From positions 300,001 through 332,000 of the forward strand of contig CAZIYE010000001.1 of NCBI GenBank assembly GCA_964543385.1: a stretch of DNA of 32,000 bases, read 5' to 3'. A program made the position numbers and the translations under genes. A model generated the notes under the pieces. It saw only the letters and a program-made list of their open reading frames with translations, was not told the DNA's origin and did not search any database. Positions 16,860 to 26,163 of the stretch are shown one piece after another; the first letter of the stretch is position 1, and each line of letters begins with the position of its first letter. This DNA comes from an uncultured Candidatus Saccharibacteria bacterium. GTDB lineage: Bacteria; Patescibacteriota; UBA1384; XYA2-FULL-43-10; 1-14-0-10-43-13.

Positions 16860-16869
16860 GCCTGTAAAC

Positions 16870-16915
16870 GCTATAAAAAAGCGTCAGGATTTTCATCATG
16901 ACGCTTTTTTATAGC
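16870..16915 (-). terminator. Intrinsic (symmetric) terminator of proS
   Basis: GCTATAAAAAAGCGTCA/TGACGCTTTTTTATAGC perfect 17-bp inverted repeat containing GC stem plus T6, just downstream of the proS stop. Confidence 0.9.
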
Positions 16916-16930
16916 AATAAGTCCATGCTT

Positions 16931-18133
16931 CTAAATAATTTTTGATTCACCATTATTCATATCAATAGATTCTGCCCCACCCTGTTCCAATGACTTTCTA
17001 GAGACAACTAGTCTATTAGGACAGCCGACTAAATCAGCTTCGGCAAACTTTTGACCAGCCGAGATATCTCTGTCATCATATAAAACTTCAATGCCCTTCT
17101 TTTTCAAATCAGCGTATATCTTATCAGCTTCTTCATTTTGATTCAGCGAAATTAGATGCACAGCGAATGGAGCAATTTCCTTTGGCCAAACCATTTTATT
17201 TTTGACAACATCGTAATGAACTTCGACAACTGTTGCCAGAGCCCTAGTCAAGCCTATACCATAGCATCCCATAACAAAATATTTTTCCTTGCCATCTTTA
17301 TTAAGAAAAGTTGCCTTCATTGGTTTGGAAAATTTTGTTTTTAATGGGAAAATATTGCCAACTTCGATCCCTCTAGCAACTTGGATTTTGCCGTCACATC
17401 TTGGACACTTATCCCCTTCTTTAACTTCGGCAATTTCTTTGTTTTGAGCAAATTCGCACTTATTACAATAATAAATTGTATCTTCACCAACTGCTGTTAA
17501 AACTTGAAATTCGTGAGAATATTTAGAAAATATTCCGCCTGATGCCTCAACTAACTTAGAGTCTAGCCCGAAACGTTTAAAGATATTAAAATAGGCTGGG
17601 ATTGTCGCTTGATAAAACTTTTCGTGCTGATCATCATCCGTAGCAAAACTATACATGTCCTTCATAATAAACTCCCGACCCCTAAGCAAACCAGATTTTA
17701 CCCTTGGCTCATTGCGAAATTTTGTCTGGATTTGGTAAAGAGCCATCGGCAATTCTTTATACGAACGGATATTCTTTCGCACAATGTCTGTTACTTCCTC
17801 CTCATGAGTTGGTGCTAAATTCAACTCCTTGCCACGGCTATCCTTCATCTTATAGAAGATATCAATAGCAGAATCCCAACGTCCTGTTTCCTCCCAAAGT
17901 TCTTTTGGTTGCAAAACATTCATTAATATTTCTTGGCCACCGATAGCGTCCATTTCTTCTTTGATAATTTTCTCTATCTTTTTGTAGACCCGTAATCCTA
18001 AAGGAAGCAAAGCATATACTCCAGCCATATGTTTATGAACAAAACCAGCCCTCACTAAATAAGATGCATTAATAGAGTCAGCATCAGATGGAACTTCTTT
18101 TCTAGTTTTGAGAAATAACTGTGATTGCTTCAT
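16931..18133 (-). CDS. proS: Prolyl-tRNA synthetase, short bacterial form
   Basis: SYLVRAGFVHKHMAGVYALLPLGLRV, LAPTHEEEVTDIVR, QTKFRNEPR, GLLRGREFIMKDMYSF and GCYGIGLTR motifs. Confidence 0.95.
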   Translation of the reverse strand: MKQSQLFLKTRKEVPSDADSINASYLVRAGFVHKHMAGVYALLPLGLRVYKKIEKIIKEEMDAIGGQEILMNVLQPKELWEETGRWDSAIDIFYKMKDSRGKELNLAPTHEEEVTDIVRKNIRSYKELPMALYQIQTKFRNEPRVKSGLLRGREFIMKDMYSFATDDDQHEKFYQATIPAYFNIFKRFGLDSKLVEASGGIFSKYSHEFQVLTAVGEDTIYYCNKCEFAQNKEIAEVKEGDKCPRCDGKIQVARGIEVGNIFPLKTKFSKPMKATFLNKDGKEKYFVMGCYGIGLTRALATVVEVHYDVVKNKMVWPKEIAPFAVHLISLNQNEEADKIYADLKKKGIEVLYDDRDISAGQKFAEADLVGCPNRLVVSRKSLEQGGAESIDMNNGESKII

Positions 18134-18164
18134 GAAAAATTCCTATATTGGTGTTAAATTGCAT

Positions 18165-19250
18165 TTAAGGTTTTATCAACCGAATTATGTCTTTATAAGT
18201 TATAGCTATAATCAATAGTATTAGCAAAGCAAAACCTATAGTATGTATCATATTCTCCACATTTTCCTTCACTATACGCTTGCCAAAAATTTTTTCAAAT
18301 ATAATGAATAGGGCTCGACTACCGTCAAGGGCCGGAAACGGAAGTATGTTGACGAGTCCTAGATTAATTGAAAGCATAATAAGGAGCTGAAGATAGGATA
18401 CCCACCCAGCACGAGCTGCTGCTCCACTTACACTAAAGATTGCAACCGGTCCACCGACTTGGTCAGATATCTTTCCTGTTTGAAAAAGCTGTTGAAAGAA
18501 ATCACCCAAGAAGGAGAACATGGCACCAGTTATCAGGTACATCTCTTTAGCGGCAACATATGGCGCCTTGTAGAAAGGCACTCTAACAACAGCCTGATCT
18601 TGAATCCCCACACCTAGTGGAGCCTCTTTATTCGACGATATTGTGATCTGTTTCTCTATTTTTTCATTCTGTCTTGTAACCTCAATTTTTACCTCACTGC
18701 CAATATTCTTTTGCGTAAAACTACTCACATCACCCACCGATTTAAACTCAACAACTTCTGTTGCTGTAACACCTTTTCTAAGCTCATCTCCAGCTTTAAG
18801 TCCAGCCTTATCAGCGGCAGAATCTTTTTGAATTTCAGCAATAAATATCTGTGATTTTATCTTTTCGCCAGGCACCTGATCTGATGGCGTAGCCATCGGA
18901 GTCATCCCGATAGATAATCCAACAGCTAGCAATAACCAGGCAAGAGCAAAGTTCATAATAACGCCAGCCACGCTGACAAAAAACCTTTTTCCGGGAGTCT
19001 GATTATTAAAGGCCCGAGGATCCTTTGATTCGCTATTCTCACCTAGCATACTTACATAACCACCAAGTGGTAGCAAACCAATAGTATATTTAGTTTCGCC
19101 CCGAGTAAAAGATAGAATTCTTGGGGGGAAACCAATGGAAAATTCCTTAACATTAATCCCTGAAGCCTTAGCAGCCAAAAAATGACCAAGTTCGTGAACG
19201 GTTATCAAGATTCCTATAGCAAATATAAACGCAATAATTGTAAGTAACAT
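18165..19250 (-). CDS. RseP-like site-2 zinc metalloprotease (M50)
   Basis: HELGHFLAAKASGI, PDZ-like domain, NLLPFPALDGSR-like NILPFPALDGSRALF, multiple transmembrane helices. Confidence 0.93.
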   Translation of the reverse strand: MLLTIIAFIFAIGILITVHELGHFLAAKASGINVKEFSIGFPPRILSFTRGETKYTIGLLPLGGYVSMLGENSESKDPRAFNNQTPGKRFFVSVAGVIMNFALAWLLLAVGLSIGMTPMATPSDQVPGEKIKSQIFIAEIQKDSAADKAGLKAGDELRKGVTATEVVEFKSVGDVSSFTQKNIGSEVKIEVTRQNEKIEKQITISSNKEAPLGVGIQDQAVVRVPFYKAPYVAAKEMYLITGAMFSFLGDFFQQLFQTGKISDQVGGPVAIFSVSGAAARAGWVSYLQLLIMLSINLGLVNILPFPALDGSRALFIIFEKIFGKRIVKENVENMIHTIGFALLILLIIAITYKDIIRLIKP

Positions 19251-19259
19251 TTTCCTCCG

Positions 19260-19817
19260 TTAAATTTTCATTATTTCAGTTTCTTTTCCAGCAATAACCT
19301 TATCAATTTCCTTATTCATTTCGTCAATTATTTTATTCAATTCTTCCTCTGCCCAATATTTATCGTCCTCAGTAACTTCTTTATTTTTTAATCCGGTCTG
19401 AACCTTATCCCAAGCATCTTTACGAATGTTACGCAGAGCAATTTTTGCCTCTTCGCCATTTTTCTTAACGATAACCACTATCTCTTTCCTTCTTTGCTCT
19501 GTCATAGCAGGCAAGACTAATCTGACCTGTGTCCCATCATTGATCGGGCTTATACCTATATCAGAATTTCTGATTGCCGCTTCAATCGGTGCTAATGCAT
19601 TTCTGTCCCAGGGCTTGATTGTGATTTGATTTGCTTCAGGCACTGATATTGTTCCTATTTCTTTAATGGGAGTATTTGTGCCATAATACGAAACCATGAT
19701 TCCATCTAAAATAGCCGGATTTGCCCTGCCTGTACGAATACGGGAAAGCTCTGTTCCCAAATTTTCGACCGCGCAACTCATCCTAGGTTTAACTTCTTTG
19801 ATAATTTCGTTGATCAT
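19260..19817 (-). CDS. frr: Ribosome recycling factor
   Basis: LGTELSRIRTGRANPAILD, VPEANQITIKPWD and DDKYWAEEELNKIIDEMNKEID. Confidence 0.96.
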   Translation of the reverse strand: MINEIIKEVKPRMSCAVENLGTELSRIRTGRANPAILDGIMVSYYGTNTPIKEIGTISVPEANQITIKPWDRNALAPIEAAIRNSDIGISPINDGTQVRLVLPAMTEQRRKEIVVIVKKNGEEAKIALRNIRKDAWDKVQTGLKNKEVTEDDKYWAEEELNKIIDEMNKEIDKVIAGKETEIMKI

Positions 19818-19842
19818 ACCATTCCTTAAACTTTATGATTTA

Positions 19843-20544
19843 CTATTTAACTATCGTTCCAATTTCCTCTCCGAGAACTGCCTTCTTAATATTCCCCTGT
19901 TTCATAAGCTCGAAAACGTATATCGGCAAATTATTGTCCATACACAACGTAACGGCTGTACTATCCATAACATCATATTTATTATTAATAATATCCAGAT
20001 ATGTTAATTTATCAAATTTCTTGGCATCTTCGAATCTCATTGGATCTTTGTCATATATACCGTCAACTTTTGTGGCTTTAAAAACGATTTCACAATTCAA
20101 CTCACATGCCCTTATCGCTGCAGCAGTATCAGTCGAGAAATATGGGTTACCACTTCCAGCTGAAACTATAACTACTCTGCCTTTTTCCAAATGTCTTATC
20201 GCTTTATCTCTAATATATGATTCACAAACCTTTGGCATATCAAGTGCAGAAGCAACACGGCTTTCTACTCCCATTTTAGATAAAGCACTACGCAAAGCAA
20301 GAGAATTCATTACAGTCGCAAGCATCCCGATATAGTCGCCCGTTGTACGATTCATACCATGTTCCTCGGCTGCTCTTCCTCGAAAAATGTTTCCGCCGCC
20401 CAAAATAACCACTACCTCAACACCAATTTCAGCTAAAGTTTTAATTTCTTTTGCGATAAAGTCGCACATCTGAGGATCAATATTATGATCATTTCCCAAT
20501 AATGTTTCACCTGAAAGTTTCAATAAAATTCGTTTGTATTTCAT
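19843..20544 (-). CDS. pyrH: Uridylate kinase
   Basis: RILLKLSGETLLG, VVVILGGGNIFRG, TGDYIGMLATVMNSLAL, GNPYFSTDTAAAIRA and KVDGIYDKDP. Confidence 0.97.
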   Translation of the reverse strand: MKYKRILLKLSGETLLGNDHNIDPQMCDFIAKEIKTLAEIGVEVVVILGGGNIFRGRAAEEHGMNRTTGDYIGMLATVMNSLALRSALSKMGVESRVASALDMPKVCESYIRDKAIRHLEKGRVVIVSAGSGNPYFSTDTAAAIRACELNCEIVFKATKVDGIYDKDPMRFEDAKKFDKLTYLDIINNKYDVMDSTAVTLCMDNNLPIYVFELMKQGNIKKAVLGEEIGTIVK

Positions 20545-20591
20545 ACAATCATATTAGCTTAATCTCGTCAGTTTGTCACCCCTTGTCATTA

Positions 20592-20623
20592 AATATGGGC
20601 TGCCATTTCTGGCAGCCCATATT
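20592..20623 (-). terminator. Hairpin terminator-like element after the rpsB-tsf operon
   Basis: AATATGGGCTGCCA-tttc-TGGCAGCCCATATT perfect 14-bp stem between tsf and pyrH; short T-run on the minus strand. Confidence 0.75.
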
Positions 20624-20674
20624 CTCTATCTGTTATCTGTAAATCTGTTTAATTCGTAATCTGTATTGTTTTGG

Positions 20675-21268
20675 TTACTCACCGATTTCAAACCTAACAA
20701 ATCTCTTGATTTCTAGTTTTTCACCGATCTTAGCAATCTTCTCATTTAGAAGCTCTTCGATAGTCTTAGAAGGATCTTTTACGAAAGGCTGACGCAAAAG
20801 CGCACCCTCTTCGGTAAATTTTCTAATCTTGCCTTCAACGATTTTTTCAGCGATTTCAGCCGGTTTACCACTTGCTTTTACCTCTTCGAGATAAATAGCT
20901 TTTTCTTTTGCAACTTCGTCAGGATTTACATCCTCAGGCTTCAGATATCTTGGATTCATCGCAGCGATGTGAAGAGCAACATCATGAGCAAATTCCTTGA
21001 ATTCATCATTTTTAGCAACAAAATCAGTTTCTGAAAGTACCTCTACCAAAACGCCAATTTTGCCATTTGAATGAACGTAGGACTCAATAACACCTTCTTT
21101 TGCTTCACGATCAGCTTTTTTTGCAGCCTTAGCCATTCCCTTTTTGCGAAGTACTTCGATTGCCTTTTCAGCATCGCCGTTTGCTTCTTCGAGCGCCTTC
21201 TTGCAATCCATCATTCCAGAACCAGTTCGGGCTCTCAAATCAGCGATATCTTTTGCAGTAATTGCCAT
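20675..21268 (-). CDS. tsf: Elongation factor Ts (short form)
   Basis: DIADLRARTGSGMMDCKKALEEANGD and VLSETDFVAKNDEF. Confidence 0.97.
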   Translation of the reverse strand: MAITAKDIADLRARTGSGMMDCKKALEEANGDAEKAIEVLRKKGMAKAAKKADREAKEGVIESYVHSNGKIGVLVEVLSETDFVAKNDEFKEFAHDVALHIAAMNPRYLKPEDVNPDEVAKEKAIYLEEVKASGKPAEIAEKIVEGKIRKFTEEGALLRQPFVKDPSKTIEELLNEKIAKIGEKLEIKRFVRFEIGE

Positions 21269-21334
21269 ATTAGCTCCTTTTGTTCATTTTAATTTATTAT
21301 CCAGAAAGAGTTCGGGATATATTAAGAACGTCTG

Positions 21335-22040
21335 TTATTTCTTCTCAACAATTTTTGCAGTCTTTTCTCTTGCTGCTTTGATTGTCTTAGCAAATAATTC
21401 AGCAAAAAGTTTCACTGATTTAGTTGCATCATCATTAGCCGGAATAGGAAATTCAACATTGTTTGGATTTGCATTTGTATCAACAATTGCAATCACAGGG
21501 ATCTTACCGTTTTTAGCTTCTTTAAGAGCGATTACCTCATCATGAGAACCAAAAAGAATCAATGCATCAGGTTTTCGATCAAGATTGACTAGACCACCCA
21601 AGAACTTCTCGCCACGAGCAACTTCTTTTCGAAGCTTTGAAAGCTCACTCTTGTTCAAAGATGATTTCTCTTCGTTCTCAATCTCTTCTTTTTGTTTCTT
21701 GAATTTCTTGGCTGCACTTCTGATAGCTTCAAAATTGGTGATTGTTCCACCAAGCCAACGAGAACTTACATATGGCATATCAGCAGAAATTGCTGCTTCT
21801 TTGATAATATCGCCGGACTGTTTCTTTGTTCCAACGAATACAAAAGTTTTACCAGTCGATGCTTCTCTTTCGATAAAATTCAAAGCTTCTTTCAATTTCT
21901 CAACTGTTTTCTCTAAATTGATAACATGAACTCCTGACTTTGAGATAAAGATATAGGGAGCCATTTTTGGGTGCCATCGGCTAGTTTTATGACCGAAGTG
22001 CACGCCAGCATCAAGCATCTCGCGAAGTGATGGTAATTCC
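21335..22040 (-). CDS. rpsB: 30S ribosomal protein S2 (start re-assigned to ATG at 22040)
   Basis: MELPSLREMLDAGVHFGHKTSRWHPKMAPYIF, KKQSGDIIKEAA, GGTITNF and PDALILFGS. The ORF-track extension to 22138 precedes the normal S2 N-terminus. Confidence 0.95.
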
Positions 22041-22126
22041 ATTACAAAATTCCTTTCTTGGAATAAATTTCTTTTAAAATAATTATCTTCTTTAAGTTTC
22101 TTTTTAATCCCATCCGCCCAACATGA

Positions 22127-22143
22127 CTCCGGTAGCACCGGAG
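22127..22143 (-). other. GC-rich 7-bp hairpin in the rpsB 5' leader
   Basis: CTCCGGT-agc-ACCGGAG perfect stem about 90 nt upstream of the rpsB start. Confidence 0.5.
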
Positions 22144-22265
22144 AGAAACTTTGAGGTGAGCGTGTAGATTTCCCCTTTACAAATCTTTACTGAGACTACC
22201 ATAATATTGACTTGGAATCAAGAGTATGATAAAGTTGAGCTTGTAAAAAAATTAAAAACAACCCA

Positions 22266-22550
22266 ATGAAAAAAGACATCCACCCAAAATACAATGAAAT
22301 TGCTAATATCAAGTGCGCTTGTGGCGCTACTTTTGCTGCTGGTTCAACACAGGAAAGTATTTCAGTTGAAATCTGTTCTCAATGCCACCCATTCTTTACA
22401 GGAAAACAAAAACTTGTTGATACTGCAGGTAGGGTAGATAAGTTCAAAGCAAAAATGGAAGCTTCAAAGAAAATTCAAGCTGAGACAGCCAAGAAAGCAG
22501 CCGAAAAAGTAGTACCCGCTAAAAAAGAAGAGCAAAAAGAAGAGAAATAA
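22266..22550 (+). CDS. rpmE: 50S ribosomal protein L31 with Lys/Glu/Ala-rich C-terminal extension
   Basis: [16 protein letters not shown] and [29 protein letters not shown]. Confidence 0.95.
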   Translation: MKKDIHPKYNEIANIKCACGATFAAGSTQESISVEICSQCHPFFTGKQKLVDTAGRVDKFKAKMEASKKIQAETAKKAAEKVVPAKKEEQKEEK

Positions 22551-22566
22551 CTTGGTCTCATATATT

Positions 22567-22613
22567 AAAATCGACCGAAATCTTTTATAATTATAAGAGA
22601 TAAGGTCGATTTT
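22567..22613 (+). terminator. Intrinsic terminator after rpmE
   Basis: AAAATCGACC/GGTCGATTTT perfect 10-bp stem continuing into further Ts. Confidence 0.75.
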
Positions 22614-22646
22614 TTATACTAATAAAAACCTTATTCAAAGGAAAAT

Positions 22647-23714
22647 GTGAACACAGAAAAGCTTAAAAAAATATTAGACCACTATGACAATCTTGTGCGT
22701 CAGCTTCAAAGTCCTGAGACGATATCAAATCAGTCAGAATTCACTAAACTAGCCCGTGAAAAATCAAGTTTGCAAGATTTAGCCGATTTGATCAGGCACT
22801 ATTTTGATATAAAAAAGAATATAGAAGAAAGCAACGAGCTGTTAGAAACCGCTGACGAAGACCTCAGGGAAATGGCAAAAGAGGAAATAAATCACCTTGC
22901 AATAGAAGAGGAAAAAATTCAGAAAGAATTGCAAATTGCCCTGCTTCCTAAGGACCCGAATGATGACAAAAATGTAATTATTGAAATCCGGCCAGGCGCA
23001 GGTGGCGATGAATCAGAGCTCTTTGCGGGTGAGATGTTTCGCATGTATACTAGATATGCAGAACGACAGAATTGGAAGGCAAATATTTTAGAATCACAAG
23101 CTACCGCTATTGGCGGCATGAAATACGTTACCTTTGAAATAAGCGGGGACAAGGTTTATTCAAAAATGAAATATGAGTCTGGTGTCCACCGTGTCCAAAG
23201 GGTTCCAGAGACTGAGAAACAGGGCCGGGTCCATACATCTACAATCACAGTAGCGGTCATGCCAGAGGCAGAAGAAGCAGATGTTGAAATCAAAACAGAA
23301 GATCTAAGAATTGATACTTTTTGTTCCGGCGGAGCTGGCGGCCAATCAGTAAATACTACATATTCGGCTGTTCGTATTACCCATATACCAACAAACACCG
23401 TTGTTCAGTGCCAAGATGAAAGAAGTCAATTAAAGAATAAAGAAAAGGCTATGAGTATACTGCGCTCCAGAATATTAGCCAATCTCGAAGAAAAATTGCA
23501 CAATGAGCGCAAAGACCTAAGAAGTTCTCAGGTCGGAACAGGTGACAGATCAGAAAAAATTAGAACATACAATTTTCCTCAAGACCGTTTGACAGATCAT
23601 CGAATCAATCAATCATGGCATTCGCTGCCCAACATTATGGACGGAGATCTTGGCTCTATTTTCGAATCTCTCATGAATGAGGATCAGGCGCGCAAACTCG
23701 CTATGCAATCCTAA
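22647..23714 (+). CDS. prfA: Peptide chain release factor 1
   Basis: [59 protein letters not shown] and [16 protein letters not shown]. Confidence 0.95.
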   Translation: MNTEKLKKILDHYDNLVRQLQSPETISNQSEFTKLAREKSSLQDLADLIRHYFDIKKNIEESNELLETADEDLREMAKEEINHLAIEEEKIQKELQIALLPKDPNDDKNVIIEIRPGAGGDESELFAGEMFRMYTRYAERQNWKANILESQATAIGGMKYVTFEISGDKVYSKMKYESGVHRVQRVPETEKQGRVHTSTITVAVMPEAEEADVEIKTEDLRIDTFCSGGAGGQSVNTTYSAVRITHIPTNTVVQCQDERSQLKNKEKAMSILRSRILANLEEKLHNERKDLRSSQVGTGDRSEKIRTYNFPQDRLTDHRINQSWHSLPNIMDGDLGSIFESLMNEDQARKLAMQS

Positions 23715-23717
23715 ATT

Positions 23718-24668
23718 TTGATGAATATTTCTCATTTTTATAAAAAAATAGTCTCAGAATTTGCTAGCGCTGGCTCTCCATCGCCGGAACTTGATGCAAA
23801 TGTCCTTATTGAAAATGTTATAGGAAAAGATAGAACGTTCCTATTCTCCCATCCGTTAGAGCCACTTACAAACGCGCAATATTACAAACTTAGACGGTTT
23901 GTAAACAGACGAAAAAAAGGCGAACCTATCGCCTACATTACGGGCCATAAAGAATTTTACGGACTCGATTTTGCTGTAAACAAAAATGTCCTTATCCCCC
24001 GCCCTGAAACTGAATTCCTAGTTGCTAAAGCATTGGAATTTCTCAAAAGAAAAAGTGATGAATTAAAAAATAGGAAAATTAATATTCTAGACATAGGCAC
24101 CGGCTCCGGCTGTATAATTATTTCGATAATAAAATCATTTTCCGCGCTCGCATTTCCTCCTTATGCTAGATTCTTTGCTGCCGATATATCCAGAAAGGCA
24201 CTTATAATCGCTAAAAAAAATACCAAGCGATTATTGTTCGATGTCGGAGACCAAAATCTAAGCTCTAGCTACCGTTCGAATAATAAAATAAAGTTCATTG
24301 ACTCAGATCTATTTTCTAATCGCCTTCTTCGCAAAAAACCTGCCTCGCCGGCAGGCGGGTTTGATATAATAATTGCCAATCTCCCCTATGTACCAGACCA
24401 AACAGAAAATAGAAGATTGAAGTTTGAAAATATTTATTTTGAGCCACCATCTGCAATCTTTGCCCCTGACAACGGCGCTAGAACTATTAAAAGATTTATA
24501 GACCAATCCAAAAGTTACATAAACAAGAATAGTCTCATTTTAATTGAATTAGATCCAAGGAATGCAGTTGGGCTTGAAAAATACGCCCGAAAGACATACC
24601 GTGAGGCAAAAATAGAACTAAAAAAAGATTTAGCTGGCTTGGATCGTTATCTGATAATCGAGAATTAA
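23718..24668 (+). CDS. prmC: Release factor glutamine methyltransferase (PrmC/HemK family)
   Basis: [41 protein letters not shown] and ANLPYVP. Confidence 0.9.
   Translation: MMNISHFYKKIVSEFASAGSPSPELDANVLIENVIGKDRTFLFSHPLEPLTNAQYYKLRRFVNRRKKGEPIAYITGHKEFYGLDFAVNKNVLIPRPETEFLVAKALEFLKRKSDELKNRKINILDIGTGSGCIIISIIKSFSALAFPPYARFFAADISRKALIIAKKNTKRLLFDVGDQNLSSSYRSNNKIKFIDSDLFSNRLLRKKPASPAGGFDIIIANLPYVPDQTENRRLKFENIYFEPPSAIFAPDNGARTIKRFIDQSKSYINKNSLILIELDPRNAVGLEKYARKTYREAKIELKKDLAGLDRYLIIEN
24337..24361. repeat. GC-rich palindromic element embedded in prmC
   Basis: AACCTGCCTCGCCGGCAGGCGGGTT: nearly self-complementary with one G:T-type position and one bulge; encodes in-frame KPASPAGGF. Confidence 0.65.
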
Positions 24669-26008
24669 ATTCTTTTTTCGAGTTGTTCTCTAAGCTCTTC
24701 ATACCCTGGCTTACCAAGAAGAGCGTACATATTATTTTTATAAGCTTCCACGCCTGGTTGATTGAAAGGATTTACACCTAAAATATAAGCGCTGATAGCA
24801 CAAGATTTTTCAAAGAAATAAATCAATTTGCCCAGATAAAAAGGCGTTAATTCTGGGATACCGATCAAAATATTAGGAACTCCTCCATCAGAGTGTGCTG
24901 CTGCAGTGGCAGCCATCGCCTTTTTATTGACGAAATTGAGAGTCTTACCTGCAATAAATTCAAAACCATCAACGTTGTTGTCAGACTCTGGAATCGTTAA
25001 ATCTTTACCTGCCTGGTCGACAAATAGAATTGTCTCAAAAATTGTTCTCTCCCCTTCTTGGATATATTGCCCAAGGGAATGAAGATCTGTCGAAAAATCA
25101 ACTGCTGCCGGAAATATTCCCTTACGATCCTTACCTTCGCTTTCTCCAAATAGCTGTTTTAACCATTCAGAAAAGTAATGCATTTTGGGCTCATAATTTA
25201 CAAAAAGTTCTATTTTTTTACCATTTTTATAAAGAATGTTTCTGGCGACAGCATACTTATTCGCAATATTATCTAGCCTATCTGTAGAATATTTTTCCTC
25301 ACCATCTATTGCGCCATTTAACAGTTCTTTTACATTAATTCCGGCAACTGCAATTGGTAAAAGTCCAACCGCCGTCAATACCGAAAAACGGCCTCCGATA
25401 TTATCAGGAACAACAAAAGTTTCATATCCCTCTTTTTCTGCAAGATCTTTTAACGCTCCTTTATCTGCATCTGTCGTAGCAAATATTCTTTCTCTAGCTC
25501 CTTCTTTACCATATTTTTCTTCTAAAATATTCTTGAAAATTCGGAATGCCAAAGCTGGTTCAGTAGTCGTTCCGGACTTAGATATCACATTGATAGAGAT
25601 GTCTTTGTCTTTAACAAGATCCAGAAGGTCAGACAGATAAGAGCCACTCATATTTTGGCCCGCAAAGTATATCTCCGGGCAATGCCTCGTATCCTTATTT
25701 AGATTATTATAGAAGTTAGGTTGCAATGCCTCGATGACTGCCCTAGCCCCAAGATACGAACCACCTATGCCGATTACTACAAAAACATCTGAATTTTTAC
25801 GAATTTTCTCTGCGGCTTTTTGTATTCTAGCAAATTCACTTTTATCATAATTTGATGGTAAATTAACAAAGCCAAGCATGCCATTACCTTCACCATTTTT
25901 CTCTACAATTTTCCGATTAGCCTCTGCAACATCACCCTCCATCAGATTCATTTCATCAACGCTCACAGACTGATCAATATTACCACAATCCAGTATAATA
26001 TTATTCAT
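24665..26008 (-). CDS. pgi: Glucose-6-phosphate isomerase
   Basis: [56 protein letters not shown] and [16 protein letters not shown]. Confidence 0.96.
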   Translation of the reverse strand: MNNIILDCGNIDQSVSVDEMNLMEGDVAEANRKIVEKNGEGNGMLGFVNLPSNYDKSEFARIQKAAEKIRKNSDVFVVIGIGGSYLGARAVIEALQPNFYNNLNKDTRHCPEIYFAGQNMSGSYLSDLLDLVKDKDISINVISKSGTTTEPALAFRIFKNILEEKYGKEGARERIFATTDADKGALKDLAEKEGYETFVVPDNIGGRFSVLTAVGLLPIAVAGINVKELLNGAIDGEEKYSTDRLDNIANKYAVARNILYKNGKKIELFVNYEPKMHYFSEWLKQLFGESEGKDRKGIFPAAVDFSTDLHSLGQYIQEGERTIFETILFVDQAGKDLTIPESDNNVDGFEFIAGKTLNFVNKKAMAATAAAHSDGGVPNILIGIPELTPFYLGKLIYFFEKSCAISAYILGVNPFNQPGVEAYKNNMYALLGKPGYEELREQLEKRI

Positions 26009-26065
26009 TTTAGCCGATCAATTAATTATTTATTTATATGATACCAAAAATACACTACAAGAAAA

Positions 26066-26082
26066 CCCACCTTTAAGGCGGG
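26066..26082 (-). terminator. Intrinsic terminator of the HtrA-like gene
   Basis: Minus strand CCCGCCTTAAAGGTGGG (GC-rich stem with one G:T pair and a very tight loop) followed by TTTTCTT. Confidence 0.7.
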
Positions 26083-26163
26083 CTCTCTCATGTCTGTTTT
26101 CTATACGTAAATTGGAATGATCGTTATCTGTATATTCGTCTAATTCGTCATCTTTATTAGATA

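Noticed and set aside
16870-16915. Long 17-bp perfect inverted repeat considered as a mobile-element end
   Set aside because: Position just after proS and the GC stem plus T6 layout explain it as an ordinary intrinsic terminator.
19835-20335. 166-aa plus-strand ORF antisense to pyrH
   Set aside because: Fully overlaps the confidently identified pyrH gene on the opposite strand; no domain signature.
20592-20623. 14-bp perfect hairpin considered as a regulatory element of pyrH
   Set aside because: Better explained as the terminator of the upstream rpsB-tsf unit; nothing else is unusual.
21144-21929. Plus-strand ORFs antisense to tsf and rpsB (133 and 114 aa)
   Set aside because: Overlap core ribosomal/translation genes; Ser/Phe-rich translations are typical of antisense frames.
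22041-22138. N-terminal extension of rpsB (MLPESCWADGIKKKLKEDNYFKRN...)
   Set aside because: It begins at a GTG inside a hairpin and precedes the canonical S2 start MELPSLREMLDAGVHFGH. The start was re-assigned to 22040.
23270-23400. RF1 sequence [15 protein letters not shown] differing from the common GGQHVN
   Set aside because: The catalytic GGQ is intact and the flanking variation is probably within the natural range of RF1 proteins, so it is not flagged as a finding.
25236-25640. 134-aa plus-strand ORF antisense to pgi
   Set aside because: Contained in pgi; no supporting motif or ribosome-binding signal.
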